Source: Candidatus Nomurabacteria bacterium | GTDB lineage: Bacteria > Patescibacteriota > Minisyncoccia > Phycocordibacterales > UBA918 | Direction of reading: 5' to 3' | NCBI GenBank assembly: GCA_020632155.1 | Contig: JACKGE010000001.1 | Location: 381,302-445,301 of the forward strand | Length of the DNA stretch: 64,000 bases | Shown here: one piece after another, positions 45,256-54,788 of the stretch | How positions within the stretch are numbered: the stretch's first letter is position 1 | Layout: each line of letters begins with the position of its first letter | The notes under the pieces: generated by a model | The model's database searches: none | Told to the model about the DNA's origin: nothing | What the model saw: the letters and a program-made list of their open reading frames with translations, nothing else | Position numbers and translations under genes: made by a program

Positions 45256-45300
45256 CACCACGTATCAGTTTGGTACACCAAGGTGCTTTATACTAAGAGT

Positions 45301-46197
45301 ATGTTTTATCTCAGTGATAACGACGTTCATGAGTTGGAGCAAAAGGCGAATGATATTCGTGAGAGCACTATTGAGATGCTTATTGCTGCTGGCAGCGGTC
45401 ATACTGCTGGGCCGCTTGGTATGGCTGACATTTTTGCGCTCTTATACTTTCGTGTCCTTAAACATGATGCTAAAAATCCTGACTGGGAGGAACGTGACCG
45501 CTTCATTTTAAGTAACGGCCACATTTGTCCGGGCCTCTATGCAACCTTGGCGCACGCTGGCTACTTTCCTGAAGAGGAACTTTTGACGCTACGAAAATTT
45601 GGCTCACGTCTTCAAGGGCACCCACATAAGGGAACACTACCGGGTATTGAATCCAGCTCAGGTCCCTTAGGGAGCGGCCTCTCGCAGGCGGTTGGTATGG
45701 CGCTTGCTCTTAGGATGGATAATCCATACACATCACAGTACGTGTACTGTATGACTGGTGATGGAGAGATCAATGAGGGACAGATATGGGAAGCGGCCAT
45801 GTTGGCCGGCAAGGAGGAACTTCATAACCTTATCGTCATTATTGACCGTAATGCCATTCAGATTGATGGCTATACCAAAGACGTCATGCCACTGGAGCCA
45901 CTTCGCGAAAAGTGGGAGGCGTTTAACTTTGATGTGCAGGAGGTTGACGCTCACAATATTCGCATGATGCACGACGCAATCGGAAAAGCACAAGCGGTAT
46001 ATGGGCAGCCGTCGGTTATCATTGCGCACTCTATTGCCTCAAAAGGTATTGATGTGTTTGAACGTGATTTTAGGTGGCACGGCAATCCGCCCGGTAAAGG
46101 TCCTGAGGACCGTGTGCCTAAGGGTGAACAAGTTGAGACGGCACTCAGGAAACTCCGTACCCTTGGTGGTGCTATTGAAGCTAGTGATATCGACTGA
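45301..46197 (+). CDS. transketolase, N-terminal (TPP-binding PP-domain) subunit of a split enzyme
   Basis: GSGHTAGPLGMADIFALLY...RDRFILSNGHICPGLYATLAHAGYF...GSGLSQAVGMALA. Ends at ~300 aa with a stop. The C-terminal half is a separate gene at 46616. Confidence 0.85.
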   Translation: MFYLSDNDVHELEQKANDIRESTIEMLIAAGSGHTAGPLGMADIFALLYFRVLKHDAKNPDWEERDRFILSNGHICPGLYATLAHAGYFPEEELLTLRKFGSRLQGHPHKGTLPGIESSSGPLGSGLSQAVGMALALRMDNPYTSQYVYCMTGDGEINEGQIWEAAMLAGKEELHNLIVIIDRNAIQIDGYTKDVMPLEPLREKWEAFNFDVQEVDAHNIRMMHDAIGKAQAVYGQPSVIIAHSIASKGIDVFERDFRWHGNPPGKGPEDRVPKGEQVETALRKLRTLGGAIEASDID

Positions 46198-46236
46198 GTG
46201 TAGGTTACAGGTGTTAGGTTATAGTGTATTAGGAAG

Positions 46237-46596
46237 ATGAATACAATCAAATCATTTAAGGATCTAATTGTTTGGCAGAAATCTATCATTCTAGTTAAAG
46301 AAGTTTACACTTTATTGCAGAAGTTGCCGACAGATGAAAGGTTCGGACTTATTAGTCAGATGAGACGTTCTGCTGTGTCGATACCCTCGAATATTGCAGA
46401 AGGTTCCAAGCGTGGTACGAGTAAGGACTATCTTCAATTTTTACGCATAGCAAATGGATCATGTGCAGAATTAGAAACACAGTTAGTAATTACAAAGGAG
46501 CTTTATGGTGTTACAGTTGGTGAAGTAGACGAATTACTTATTGAAGTACAGAAAATGTTACAAAGTATTATTAAGACGCTCAGTACTGAAACCTAA
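46237..46596 (+). CDS. four-helix-bundle protein of the 23S rRNA intervening-sequence (IVS) / Avd-like family
   Basis: DLIVWQKSIILVKEVYTLLQKLPTDERFGLISQMRRSAVSIPSNIAEGSKRGTSKDYLQFLRIANGSCAELETQLVI matches the family consensus (VWQKA..L...IY.LT..FP..E.FGL.SQ.RRAAVSIPSNIAEG..R.S.KD...FL.IA.GS..EL.TQL.IA) almost position-for-position. Confidence 0.85.
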   Translation: MNTIKSFKDLIVWQKSIILVKEVYTLLQKLPTDERFGLISQMRRSAVSIPSNIAEGSKRGTSKDYLQFLRIANGSCAELETQLVITKELYGVTVGEVDELLIEVQKMLQSIIKTLSTET

Positions 46597-46615
46597 ATAC
46601 TTTAACCTATAACCT

Positions 46616-47605
46616 ATGCGTTTAGCAGATCATTTAGATAGAAATATATTCACTGATAACGTTGAACAAGTTCCGAATCGCAATGGCTATGGCGAGGGTC
46701 TTAAAGAGGCGGGAGAGAAAGATGTACGGGTAGTAGCACTTTCCGCTGATCTTACCGGCTCAACGAAGACCAACCTATTCGCCGATGCATTTCCGGAGCG
46801 GTTTGTGCAAGTGGGTATTGCTGAGCAAAATATGGCGTCGGTGGCATCGGGTATGGCAGCAGTGGGGAAGATACCCTTTATTGCTTCATACGCCATGTTT
46901 TCACCCGGACGAAGTTGGGAACAAGTGCGTACTACAATTGCGTACAACAACAGCAATGTAAAGGTTATCGGGGCCCACTCTGGTGTCTCGGTAGGACCTG
47001 ACGGCGCTACCCACCAAGCGGTGGAAGACATGGCCATTATGCGAGTGATTCCAAACATGGTGGTCATTGCACCGTGTGATGTGCATGAGGCACGTAAAGC
47101 CACACTGTGGGCTGCGGAGTATGAAGGTCCGGTATACATTCGTATCGCCCGTGAAAATTCTCCGGTAGTGACCACGGCAGACAGCCCGTTTGATTACGGT
47201 AAAGCGCAACTACTTGCTGAAGGTGTTGATAGTGCTGAGAATAAAGTCGGAATTATCACCACTGGCATATTGGCTCACAACGCCCTTATGGCGGCTAAAG
47301 AGCTAAACGAAGCTGGTATTAGCACTTCTGTTCTTCATGTACCCTTTATAAAACCACTTGATGAAGAAGCTGTGCTTGCCTTAGCAAAAAATAACGACTT
47401 TATTGTCACTCTTGAGGAACACCAAGTGGCCGGAGGTTTGGGTAGCGCAGTAGCCGAGTATCTTTCTGAGACTCATCCAACTAAGATCATTCGCCTTGGT
47501 GTACACGACCAGTTTGGTCAGTCTGGAACACCGGAAGAACTACTTGCCCACTATGGTATGGACACCAAAACGCTACTAGATACAGTAAGAAAAAATTTGA
47601 ATTAA
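46616..47605 (+). CDS. transketolase, C-terminal (pyrimidine-binding plus C-terminal domain) subunit
   Basis: FVQVGIAEQNMASVASGMAAVGKIPFIASYAMFS...GAHSGVSVGPDGATHQAVEDMAIMRVIPNMVVIAPCDVHEARKA. Confidence 0.9.
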   Translation: MRLADHLDRNIFTDNVEQVPNRNGYGEGLKEAGEKDVRVVALSADLTGSTKTNLFADAFPERFVQVGIAEQNMASVASGMAAVGKIPFIASYAMFSPGRSWEQVRTTIAYNNSNVKVIGAHSGVSVGPDGATHQAVEDMAIMRVIPNMVVIAPCDVHEARKATLWAAEYEGPVYIRIARENSPVVTTADSPFDYGKAQLLAEGVDSAENKVGIITTGILAHNALMAAKELNEAGISTSVLHVPFIKPLDEEAVLALAKNNDFIVTLEEHQVAGGLGSAVAEYLSETHPTKIIRLGVHDQFGQSGTPEELLAHYGMDTKTLLDTVRKNLN

Positions 47606-47618
47606 GGTACGTGCTACT

Positions 47619-48095
47619 ATGTTGAATATGCAAAGAGGCTTCACTCTCATTGAACTCCTTATTGTGATAACTATCATTGGCATTCTTTCTAGCGTGGTCT
47701 TAGTGAGTCTCAGTAGTGCGCGCGAGAAGAGTCGCGATGCGGCTCGGGTGTCCCAAATAAAAGAGGTTAAGACTGCTTTGGAGGTGTACCGTTCAGACAA
47801 TGGCGGGTACATCAATATCTGCAGTGGATCACCGGGCAACCTCCCGGCACGCGCGGCGGCGCTTGCGCCTAACTACATGAGCCGCTTGCCAACTGATCCT
47901 TTACATACCGGCAATGACGATTATTTGTACTGTGGTAGTGCCAACGTAAATGGTAGTGGTCCAGGGTATGGTATTCGAATTCGCTTTGAAGATACTGACC
48001 GGCCTGGGACCAATGCCAATGGGTACTGTAAAACGGGAGTAAATATCAGCACGGGATGGTGGGGAACTGGCGTGCCGGTCTGTGAAGGATTGTAA
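47619..48095 (+). CDS. type IV pilin-like protein (prepilin-type N-terminal cleavage/methylation domain)
   Basis: MLNMQRG-FTLIELLIVITIIGILSSVVLVSLSSAREKSRDAAR: class III signal peptide with G/F cleavage site and an E at +5. Confidence 0.8.
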   Translation: MLNMQRGFTLIELLIVITIIGILSSVVLVSLSSAREKSRDAARVSQIKEVKTALEVYRSDNGGYINICSGSPGNLPARAAALAPNYMSRLPTDPLHTGNDDYLYCGSANVNGSGPGYGIRIRFEDTDRPGTNANGYCKTGVNISTGWWGTGVPVCEGL

Positions 48096-48098
48096 AAT

Positions 48099-48632
48099 AT
48101 GCTTGAGGTACATAAAAAATCAAACGGCTTCACCCTCATTGAACTTCTCGTGGTGATTGCGATCATTGGTGTTTTGGCCAGTGTGGTCTTAGTGAGTCTC
48201 AGTAGTGCGCGCGAGAAGAGTCGCGATGCGGCTCGTAAGGCAGCTTTACAAGAGGTTGCAAAGGCCCTTGAGTTATATCATTTGGATAATGGGACGTATT
48301 CTATTTTAGGAGCAGGGGCCGGTGGAAATGGCAACGGTTGGTTTTCATACGTTGGTGGCGCATACCCAAAATCAGTTGCACAGCAGTTAAAGGATGATGG
48401 ATATCTCGGAGGAGTAGTTGTAGATCCATCAGGTGCAAAACTTGGGAATCAAAGTGGTCGCAGTGGATATATGATCATTGCTAATGACAGTAACTTCACT
48501 CTCTGGGCCAACTTGGAGAGCCCTTCTACAGAGGACACTGCTACATTGAACACCTGCACTTTTAATAATTATGATAACTATCACAGTAGTTACCCAGCAA
48601 CGGCTAGGATGAATTACTGTATCAGCAACTAA
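48099..48632 (+). CDS. type IV pilin-like protein, paralog 2
   Basis: KKSNG-FTLIELLVVIAIIGVLASVVLVSLSSAREKSRDAARKA. The N-terminal coding DNA is nearly identical to paralog 3. Confidence 0.8.
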   Translation: MLEVHKKSNGFTLIELLVVIAIIGVLASVVLVSLSSAREKSRDAARKAALQEVAKALELYHLDNGTYSILGAGAGGNGNGWFSYVGGAYPKSVAQQLKDDGYLGGVVVDPSGAKLGNQSGRSGYMIIANDSNFTLWANLESPSTEDTATLNTCTFNNYDNYHSSYPATARMNYCISN

Positions 48633-48653
48633 AAACTGCCTGAGGCAGTTTTT
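48632..48653. terminator. bidirectional rho-independent terminator between pilin 2 and convergent PfkB kinase gene
   Basis: AAAACTGCCtgaGGCAGTTTTT: perfect 9-bp stem, 3-nt loop, and T/A runs on both sides. Confidence 0.8.
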
Positions 48654-48670
48654 AGTTGGTACCCCTTCTC

Positions 48671-49681
48671 CTATACTCTCTTAGCTTTGTAATCCTCGGG
48701 GGCCTCAGCCAGATGTTTCTCAAGTACGTCGCGCGTAAGCAGGCCTTTTTGAGCACCAATGTGCTGTACAACAGACATAGAGTTGATTGGACCCCATGAT
48801 AGAGCTTCAGCCGGAGAGAGTCCAAGCGCAATAGCGGTTGTAAAAGTGCTTGAAAATGAGTCACCGGCGCCAGTGCGGTCGACGGGTGGTGCTGGATCTG
48901 GATACATTGGCATGTGCCACGCTTGGTCGTTTTCATCCACTACATAGGCACCATTAGGACCATCAGTGATAACCGGCATTTTTGGACCCAGTTTCTTAAA
49001 GTCTCGGATGAGTGTCGGCACATCTTGCTCTTTGCTGCCGAGTATCTCCTGCGCCTCTTCTTTGTTACAGAAGAATATTTCAGTTACTTCGTACACATCC
49101 TTGAGCGCCTCATGTCCAACACGAATTTGGAAGGTGCCGGGCTGAAAGACCAACTTGGTCTCAGGGTGAGCTTTTACATAGGCGGCAATTTCATGATGGA
49201 ATGGGAGACCATGCTCACCGATGGAAGAGAAGTAGATGTAACGCGGTGGCGTTTCAAAATCTGGCAGGAAGTATGGATAGTGTTCATGTTTGATGAGGAT
49301 AGTGCGCTCGGGGCCGTACCGGAGGACGTAGTGGTAGTTAGTTATCTTGCCCTCGTGTACTTTTACATAGTCGGTGTGGACACCTTCGGTGCGCAAAGCG
49401 TCAAGACAATCTTGACCCCAACGGTCATGGCCAACGTTGGTGACAAGAGCAGTGCGGAGGCCCAGGCGATGCGCCGCCACGGCAGCATTGGGTGAGTTAC
49501 CAACTGCATTTACTACTGTCACATCTTCGTACGGCAATTTACCACCAAACGGCATATGGAGGGTTTTTTTGCCCGTGTCCATATCAGTAGAAACATCAGC
49601 GTCGTCCTTGGAAAGCTGAATAAATGCGTCTATTACAATATCGCCCAAAGCGACAAAATCATATTGGTTTGACATATACAC
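48671..49681 (-). CDS. PfkB-family carbohydrate kinase (ribokinase/adenosine kinase-like)
   Basis: N-terminal DFVALGDIVIDAF and C-terminal anion-hole/catalytic motif VDRTGAGDSFSSTF (DTxGAGD). 336 aa. Confidence 0.8.
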   Translation of the reverse strand: MYMSNQYDFVALGDIVIDAFIQLSKDDADVSTDMDTGKKTLHMPFGGKLPYEDVTVVNAVGNSPNAAVAAHRLGLRTALVTNVGHDRWGQDCLDALRTEGVHTDYVKVHEGKITNYHYVLRYGPERTILIKHEHYPYFLPDFETPPRYIYFSSIGEHGLPFHHEIAAYVKAHPETKLVFQPGTFQIRVGHEALKDVYEVTEIFFCNKEEAQEILGSKEQDVPTLIRDFKKLGPKMPVITDGPNGAYVVDENDQAWHMPMYPDPAPPVDRTGAGDSFSSTFTTAIALGLSPAEALSWGPINSMSVVQHIGAQKGLLTRDVLEKHLAEAPEDYKAKRV

Positions 49682-49747
49682 AGATTATATCAGTGCCGGA
49701 GTGTGTAAAACGAGAAGTGTGAACACACGCACACAGTATAATGAAAA

Positions 49748-50275
49748 GTGATGTTTCAGTCGAAAGAGCTCAACCAAGGCTTCACTCTCATTGAACTTCT
49801 CGTGGTGATCGCGATCATTGGTGTTTTGGCCAGTGTGGTCTTAGTGAGTCTCAGTAGTGCGCGCGAGAAGAGTCGCGATGCGGCTCGTATGGCACAACTT
49901 AAAGAAATAGAGAAAGCCCTTAATTTATTTTATACTGAGAACGGCCGCTACCCCTCAGAAGGTGCACCAGATAATGCTAATACTGGTGGTACCGGCCGGA
50001 TTTGCCGATCTTGTACTGGTGGTATTAATACCATTCTTGGTCAATATATGGGTGCTGTTCCAGAAGATCCGTCGCACGATGGCTCAAACTATTACTACTA
50101 TTATGATGGCAGACAGACCTGCGGTGGTAATCCCGTACAAGCAGTAGTGGCTGCTCACAACATGGAAAATCCTAACAATAGTAATACTAATGACACCAAA
50201 TGCACCAGTTGGGGTGGTGAGGGAGGAATTGGACAGAATGACTCATACAATGTTGTTTTAGGTGATGCCTATTAA
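49748..50275 (+). CDS. type IV pilin-like protein, paralog 3
   Basis: SKELNQG-FTLIELLVVIAIIGVLASVVLVSLSSAREKSRDAARMA. Confidence 0.8.
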   Translation: MMFQSKELNQGFTLIELLVVIAIIGVLASVVLVSLSSAREKSRDAARMAQLKEIEKALNLFYTENGRYPSEGAPDNANTGGTGRICRSCTGGINTILGQYMGAVPEDPSHDGSNYYYYYDGRQTCGGNPVQAVVAAHNMENPNNSNTNDTKCTSWGGEGGIGQNDSYNVVLGDAY

Positions 50276-50315
50276 AGCCTTTTCTGTTACCACAGAGTGT
50301 GCTACATTACCTGCC

Positions 50316-50942
50316 ATGACAACAACACTTCAAGTAACAAAACGGGATGGGACAGCTTCGCCTGAATGCATTCCAGCCGTGGTTTACGGTCCAAAACAAG
50401 AATCACTGGCACTCAATATCGACCGCAAAACCTTTGAAAAGCTCTTCAAAGAAGCTGGTGAATCAACTATCATCAGTCTTGAAGGTCTTGATGGTGAAGT
50501 TGAGGTGCTCGTGCACGATGTTTCATTTAATCCGGTCAGGGGCGGCATTCAGCATGTCGACTTCTACGCTATTGAACGCGGTAAGGAGCTCACTACTCAT
50601 GTCGGTATCGAGTTCATTGGTGAAGCTCCAGCTGTGAAAGGCGGTGGTGTTCTCAATAAAGCTCTTCACGAACTTGAGGTAACCTGTCGCCCAAGCAAAC
50701 TACCACAACATATTACTGTTGACGTCAGTGTCCTCACTGACTTTGAAGAGGTCATTCGTGTCAAAGATATATCTCTGCCAGAGGGGGTAAAAGTTGAAAA
50801 CGATCCCAATGAAACGGTTGCCTTGGTGGTGCCGGTGGCTGAAGAGAAGGAGGAAGATGCTGCTCCAGTTGATATGGCTGCTATCGAAGTTGAGGGTGAG
50901 AAAACTACTTCAGAAGATGGAGAAGGGAAAGAAGCTGAGTAG
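50316..50942 (+). CDS. rplY: 50S ribosomal protein L25 (Ctc-type, with acidic C-terminal extension)
   Basis: LQVTKRDGTASPECIPAVVYGPKQESLALNIDRKTFEKLF...LVHDVSFNPVRGGIQHVDFYAI. ATG at 50316 is chosen because the upstream GTG/ATG extension would overlap the pilin stop. Confidence 0.85.
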   Translation: MTTTLQVTKRDGTASPECIPAVVYGPKQESLALNIDRKTFEKLFKEAGESTIISLEGLDGEVEVLVHDVSFNPVRGGIQHVDFYAIERGKELTTHVGIEFIGEAPAVKGGGVLNKALHELEVTCRPSKLPQHITVDVSVLTDFEEVIRVKDISLPEGVKVENDPNETVALVVPVAEEKEEDAAPVDMAAIEVEGEKTTSEDGEGKEAE

Positions 50943-51006
50943 ACCCAGAGAGAAAACCACTACCGATGCGGCAGTGGTTTTTTCTTTTGGTATACTTATT
51001 ACTAAT

Positions 51007-52371
51007 ATGAAACGCCTACTGGTGGTATGTGTTGTTGGTGTGTTGCTGTGGCCACAAGCTGCTGTTTTTGGTGAGACTGACGCTGAACGTCGGGCGCGGC
51101 TCGAGAAAGAACTGCAGGTGGTCGAAAAGCAGATCATTCAGCAGCAGTCACTCCTTGAAGGTAAACAAGTCGAACGACAGTCACTCGAGCGCGACCTCAA
51201 TATTCTCGACACACAGATCAATAAGGCAGCCCTCGGTATTGAAGCCCGCGAACTTGCCATTGAGCAGCTGACCGATCAAATCGGCGAGAAAGAAGAGGTC
51301 ATTGATATTTTGACTGAGCGACTCCAAAAGCAGCGTCAATCTATTGCAGAGCTAGTACGCAAGACACAAGTGGTGGATGACTACTCTTTGGTGGAACTGA
51401 TGCTGAGTAACCAGAATCTCTCTGAGTTCTTTGTGGACTTTGAGAATTACCGCGTCATCAATGACTCACTAAATGAATCATTGGAAGCCCTCAGTACTAT
51501 TAAGTCCGACACAGAATCCCAAAAGACCTCGCTTGAAGATAAAAAGCTCACCGAGGCAGAACTCAAGGAGCTGCAAGAGCAAGAGAAGCTCGCTATAGAA
51601 AGAAAGGAGAACGAAAAAGAACAGATTCTTGATGTCACTAAAGGTGAGGAAGCAGCGTATAAGCAGCTGTTGCAAGCCCAGCAAAAAACAGCTGCCGAGA
51701 TCCGCGCCCAGCTCTTTGAGCTCGCTGGAGGCGGCGGTAAGATACCATTCCCAGACGCGGTTCAATATGCTAAAGCAGCTTCAGCGCAAACAGGAGTGCC
51801 AGCGGCACTGGTGTTAGCAATCTTGGAGCAGGAGTCATCGTACGGAGCTAATATCGGTTCCTGTGCGTACGACGATATTGTCTACGGACGAGCGGTCATG
51901 CATCCAGATCGTGACCAGCCCGTCTTTGTTGCGATAGCTAACGCACTTGGTTTTAACCCTAGTACGCAACAGGTCTCTTGTCCGTGGATACGTAATGGTG
52001 AACGTATTGGGTGGGGTGGTGCTATGGGTCCGTCGCAGTTCATTCCGTCTACGTGGGCTATATACGGCGGTATCGTAAGTACTGGTAGTGGCTACGCGTA
52101 TAGTGCTTCAAGCGACGCCATTCGCCAGCTGACCGGCAAGAGCAGTCCATCTAATCCGTTCAATAACCAAGATGCCTTTATGGCCACGGCACTCCTCATG
52201 CGTGACAATGGAGCCGCTGGCGGCACGTATAATGCCCAGTGGACGGCCGCCATCCGCTATTTCGCCGGCTGGGGCGGTGCTAGCAACCCGATCAACCATC
52301 CGTATGGAGATAATGTTATGGCCCGCAAAGCGCGCTTGGAGCAAGAGATAAAGACCTTGGAGGGAAGCTAA
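51007..52371 (+). CDS. secreted coiled-coil protein with C-terminal lysozyme-like/SLT-type peptidoglycan hydrolase domain (PcsB/EnvC-like architecture)
   Basis: Signal peptide MKRLLVVCVVGVLLWPQAAVFG. ~250 aa of heptad-rich coiled coil (LEKELQVVEKQIIQQQSLLEGKQVERQSLERDLNILDTQINKA...). C-terminus AILEQESSYGANIG resembles the catalytic E-S motif of lytic transglycosylases. Confidence 0.55.
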   Translation: MKRLLVVCVVGVLLWPQAAVFGETDAERRARLEKELQVVEKQIIQQQSLLEGKQVERQSLERDLNILDTQINKAALGIEARELAIEQLTDQIGEKEEVIDILTERLQKQRQSIAELVRKTQVVDDYSLVELMLSNQNLSEFFVDFENYRVINDSLNESLEALSTIKSDTESQKTSLEDKKLTEAELKELQEQEKLAIERKENEKEQILDVTKGEEAAYKQLLQAQQKTAAEIRAQLFELAGGGGKIPFPDAVQYAKAASAQTGVPAALVLAILEQESSYGANIGSCAYDDIVYGRAVMHPDRDQPVFVAIANALGFNPSTQQVSCPWIRNGERIGWGGAMGPSQFIPSTWAIYGGIVSTGSGYAYSASSDAIRQLTGKSSPSNPFNNQDAFMATALLMRDNGAAGGTYNAQWTAAIRYFAGWGGASNPINHPYGDNVMARKARLEQEIKTLEGS

Positions 52372-52425
52372 ACCCGAAGGCATTTATTGATTTTTTTTAA
52401 CCATCTGTTATAGTTACCGCCACTT

Positions 52426-52695
52426 ATGAAAACAGACATTCATCCGGAAAACTACCGTCTTGTTATTTTCCACGATAACTCAAGTGGGGAGCGCTTTTTG
52501 GTTGGTTCTACTATTGAGACCAGCGAAACGGACAAGTGGGAAGACGGCAGTGAGTACCCACTGGCTCGTGTTGATGTCACTAGCGCATCACACCCGTTTT
52601 ACACCGGACAGGAAAAGGTCATGGACACTGCCGGTCGGGTAGAGCGTTTCAAAGCTCGCGCCGAAAAAGCAGCTACACGCAAAAAGAAGGCGTAA
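52426..52695 (+). CDS. rpmE: 50S ribosomal protein L31 (type B, non-zinc)
   Basis: [61 protein letters not shown]. Confidence 0.9.
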   Translation: MKTDIHPENYRLVIFHDNSSGERFLVGSTIETSETDKWEDGSEYPLARVDVTSASHPFYTGQEKVMDTAGRVERFKARAEKAATRKKKA

Positions 52696-52698
52696 CGA

Positions 52699-52735
52699 AA
52701 AGACCGCTATCACACTTTGGTGGAGCGGTTTTTTC
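52699..52735 (+). terminator. rho-independent terminator after rpmE
   Basis: AAAAGACCGCTatcacactttggtggAGCGGTTTTTTC. Confidence 0.65.
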
Positions 52736-52755
52736 TATGGCATCATATAGACATC

Positions 52756-53736
52756 ATGGAGTTGGATCAAGATAGACTAAATATTTTCAAAGAAAATCAA
52801 AAAACGCAATTCTTGGCGTCACAGTTTGAACTTGGGCTCGAAAAATTAGCTGAGGCACGTGAACTAGCTGCCTCTGACCCAGAAATGGCCGAGCTTGCCA
52901 CTGCAGAAATCGCTGAGTTGGAAGCGCAGCTACAGGCTGAATTTGCTGAGATGGACCGAATCATTGAAGCTTCTAAGGAAGAGGAAGCTAAGCCCTACGG
53001 TGTGGCCCTTGAAGTGCGGGCGGGCGCCGGTGGGGATGAAGCGGCACTTTTTGCCGAGGAGTTAGCACTTATGTATCGTCGCTACGCCGAGGTACAGGGT
53101 TGGCCAGTTACGGTCACTAATGAATCACGGTCCGGTGTTGGTGGGTATAAGGAGGCTTCGTTTGAGATCATTAGTCCCAATGTCTACGATGCCTTTCGTT
53201 TTGAGACCGGAGTGCACCGCGTGCAGCGAGTGCCGGTAACGGAAAAAGCTGGCCGTATCCATACCTCAACTGCGTCAGTAGCAGTCTTGCCAATGCGTAA
53301 AAAACCAACCATCGAGATCAATCCAAGTGACATTGATATGGAATTCTCGCGTTCTGGCGGTGCTGGCGGACAGAACGTCAACAAAGTAGAAACCGCGGTG
53401 CGACTGGTCCATAAACCGACCGGAGTTGATGTGCGTTGTCAAAGTGAGCGGTCGCAGCTAAAGAACCGCGAGAAAGCCATGGCCCTTCTCACCGCTAAAC
53501 TTGAAGCGCTCCACGAAGAGGAAGAGAGCAAAAAACACGCCAATCTGCGCAGTAAACAGATCGGTACCGGTGATCGTAGTGAAAAGATACGCACCTATAA
53601 CTTTCCGCAAAATCGCATCACTGATCACCGCATCAAAGAAAGTTGGCACACTATTGAGGCCACCCTTGGTGGCGCACTCCAGCCGATCATTGATGCTATG
53701 CATGCTGCTGAGGACGCACTCATGGCTGAAGAATAA
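52756..53736 (+). CDS. prfA: peptide chain release factor 1
   Basis: [17 protein letters not shown]...[25 protein letters not shown]...[24 protein letters not shown] (GGQ motif). ATG at 52756 is chosen because the upstream in-frame M lies inside the rpmE terminator. Confidence 0.9.
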   Translation: MELDQDRLNIFKENQKTQFLASQFELGLEKLAEARELAASDPEMAELATAEIAELEAQLQAEFAEMDRIIEASKEEEAKPYGVALEVRAGAGGDEAALFAEELALMYRRYAEVQGWPVTVTNESRSGVGGYKEASFEIISPNVYDAFRFETGVHRVQRVPVTEKAGRIHTSTASVAVLPMRKKPTIEINPSDIDMEFSRSGGAGGQNVNKVETAVRLVHKPTGVDVRCQSERSQLKNREKAMALLTAKLEALHEEEESKKHANLRSKQIGTGDRSEKIRTYNFPQNRITDHRIKESWHTIEATLGGALQPIIDAMHAAEDALMAEE

Positions 53737-53745
53737 TGATTTACA

Positions 53746-53777
53746 AAGGGCCACCCTTCGCGAAGGGTGGCCCTTTG
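53746..53777 (+). terminator. rho-independent terminator after prfA
   Basis: AAAGGGCCACCCTTCGCGAAGGGTGGCCCTTTG: perfect 14-bp stem. Confidence 0.8.
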
Positions 53778-53985
53778 TAAGTTGCCAGTGATTGTGAGCT
53801 GTGGTAGTATTGCCGCGCTTGTGCTCTGGCGCTTTTTTATTATCAAAAACGTCTCGGTACAGTCTCCAGACTCCTGAAGCTGTCACATAAGGCTCGTGTG
53901 TTGCTTGTTACAGCAGCCCCTCGATGTACCCTTATACCAGTTTATTAATTAGCAAGGACAGTTTGGATAAACAATCAACACAATC

Positions 53986-54738
53986 ATGTCAACCAATGAC
54001 CAGAATCTCATTGAGCGCTTGTTCTCAGCTGGTGCTCACTTCGGCTTTTCAAAAAGTCGTCGTCACCCAACAGTAAAACCATATCTGTTTGGTAATAAGC
54101 AGGGAACCGACATTTTCGATCTTGAGAAAACCTCGGAGCTTCTTGCTGCTGCTAAAGCAGCGGTCGCAGAGGCCGGTGAACAAGGCAAGACCGTCTTATT
54201 TGTTGGTACTAAAGAAGAAGTAAAGAAGCTTGTTGAACACTTTGCCAAAGAGGTGGCTGCGCCGTATGTCATTAATCGCTGGATCGGAGGTACGGTGACC
54301 AACTGGTCAGAGATCAAGAAGCGTATCGCGCGCCTTCATGAGCTTATTGCAGAAGGAGAGTCTGGTGAACTCGAACGCAAATACACTAAGAAAGAACGTG
54401 TACTCATTGGTCGCGAGGCTGACAAACTCACATTTAATTTTGGTGGTATTAAAGATATCGAAAAGACCCCTGATATGTTGTTGGTTGTTGATCCACGTCA
54501 CGAATCCATTGCCGTAGCTGAAGCCAGTGAGCTTGGCATCCCAGTCGTTGGTATCATGAGTTCTGATAACGACCTCACCAAAGTGACGTATCCGGTCCTT
54601 GTAAACGATGCATTGCAGGCTAGTGTCACGTTGGCTCTTACCGAGCTTACGACAGCTTACAGCGAGGGAAAGGCTAAGTATGTTCCCAAGCCAACCCGCA
54701 CTGACAGCCGTCCGCGCCGCATGAACACCCGTTCATAA
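53986..54738 (+). CDS. rpsB: 30S ribosomal protein S2
   Basis: LFSAGAHFGFSKSRRHPTVKPYLFGNKQGTDIFDLEKT...VLFVGTKEE. Confidence 0.95.
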   Translation: MSTNDQNLIERLFSAGAHFGFSKSRRHPTVKPYLFGNKQGTDIFDLEKTSELLAAAKAAVAEAGEQGKTVLFVGTKEEVKKLVEHFAKEVAAPYVINRWIGGTVTNWSEIKKRIARLHELIAEGESGELERKYTKKERVLIGREADKLTFNFGGIKDIEKTPDMLLVVDPRHESIAVAEASELGIPVVGIMSSDNDLTKVTYPVLVNDALQASVTLALTELTTAYSEGKAKYVPKPTRTDSRPRRMNTRS

Positions 54739-54788
54739 GTGCTGAGAGCACTGATACGCTTACAAACGTTCTAACGATAAAACATTAT

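Noticed and set aside
46237-46596. Diversity-generating retroelement (Avd-like four-helix-bundle gene)
   Set aside because: No reverse transcriptase ORF and no template/variable repeat pair are visible within the window. It is called only as a stand-alone IVS-family gene.
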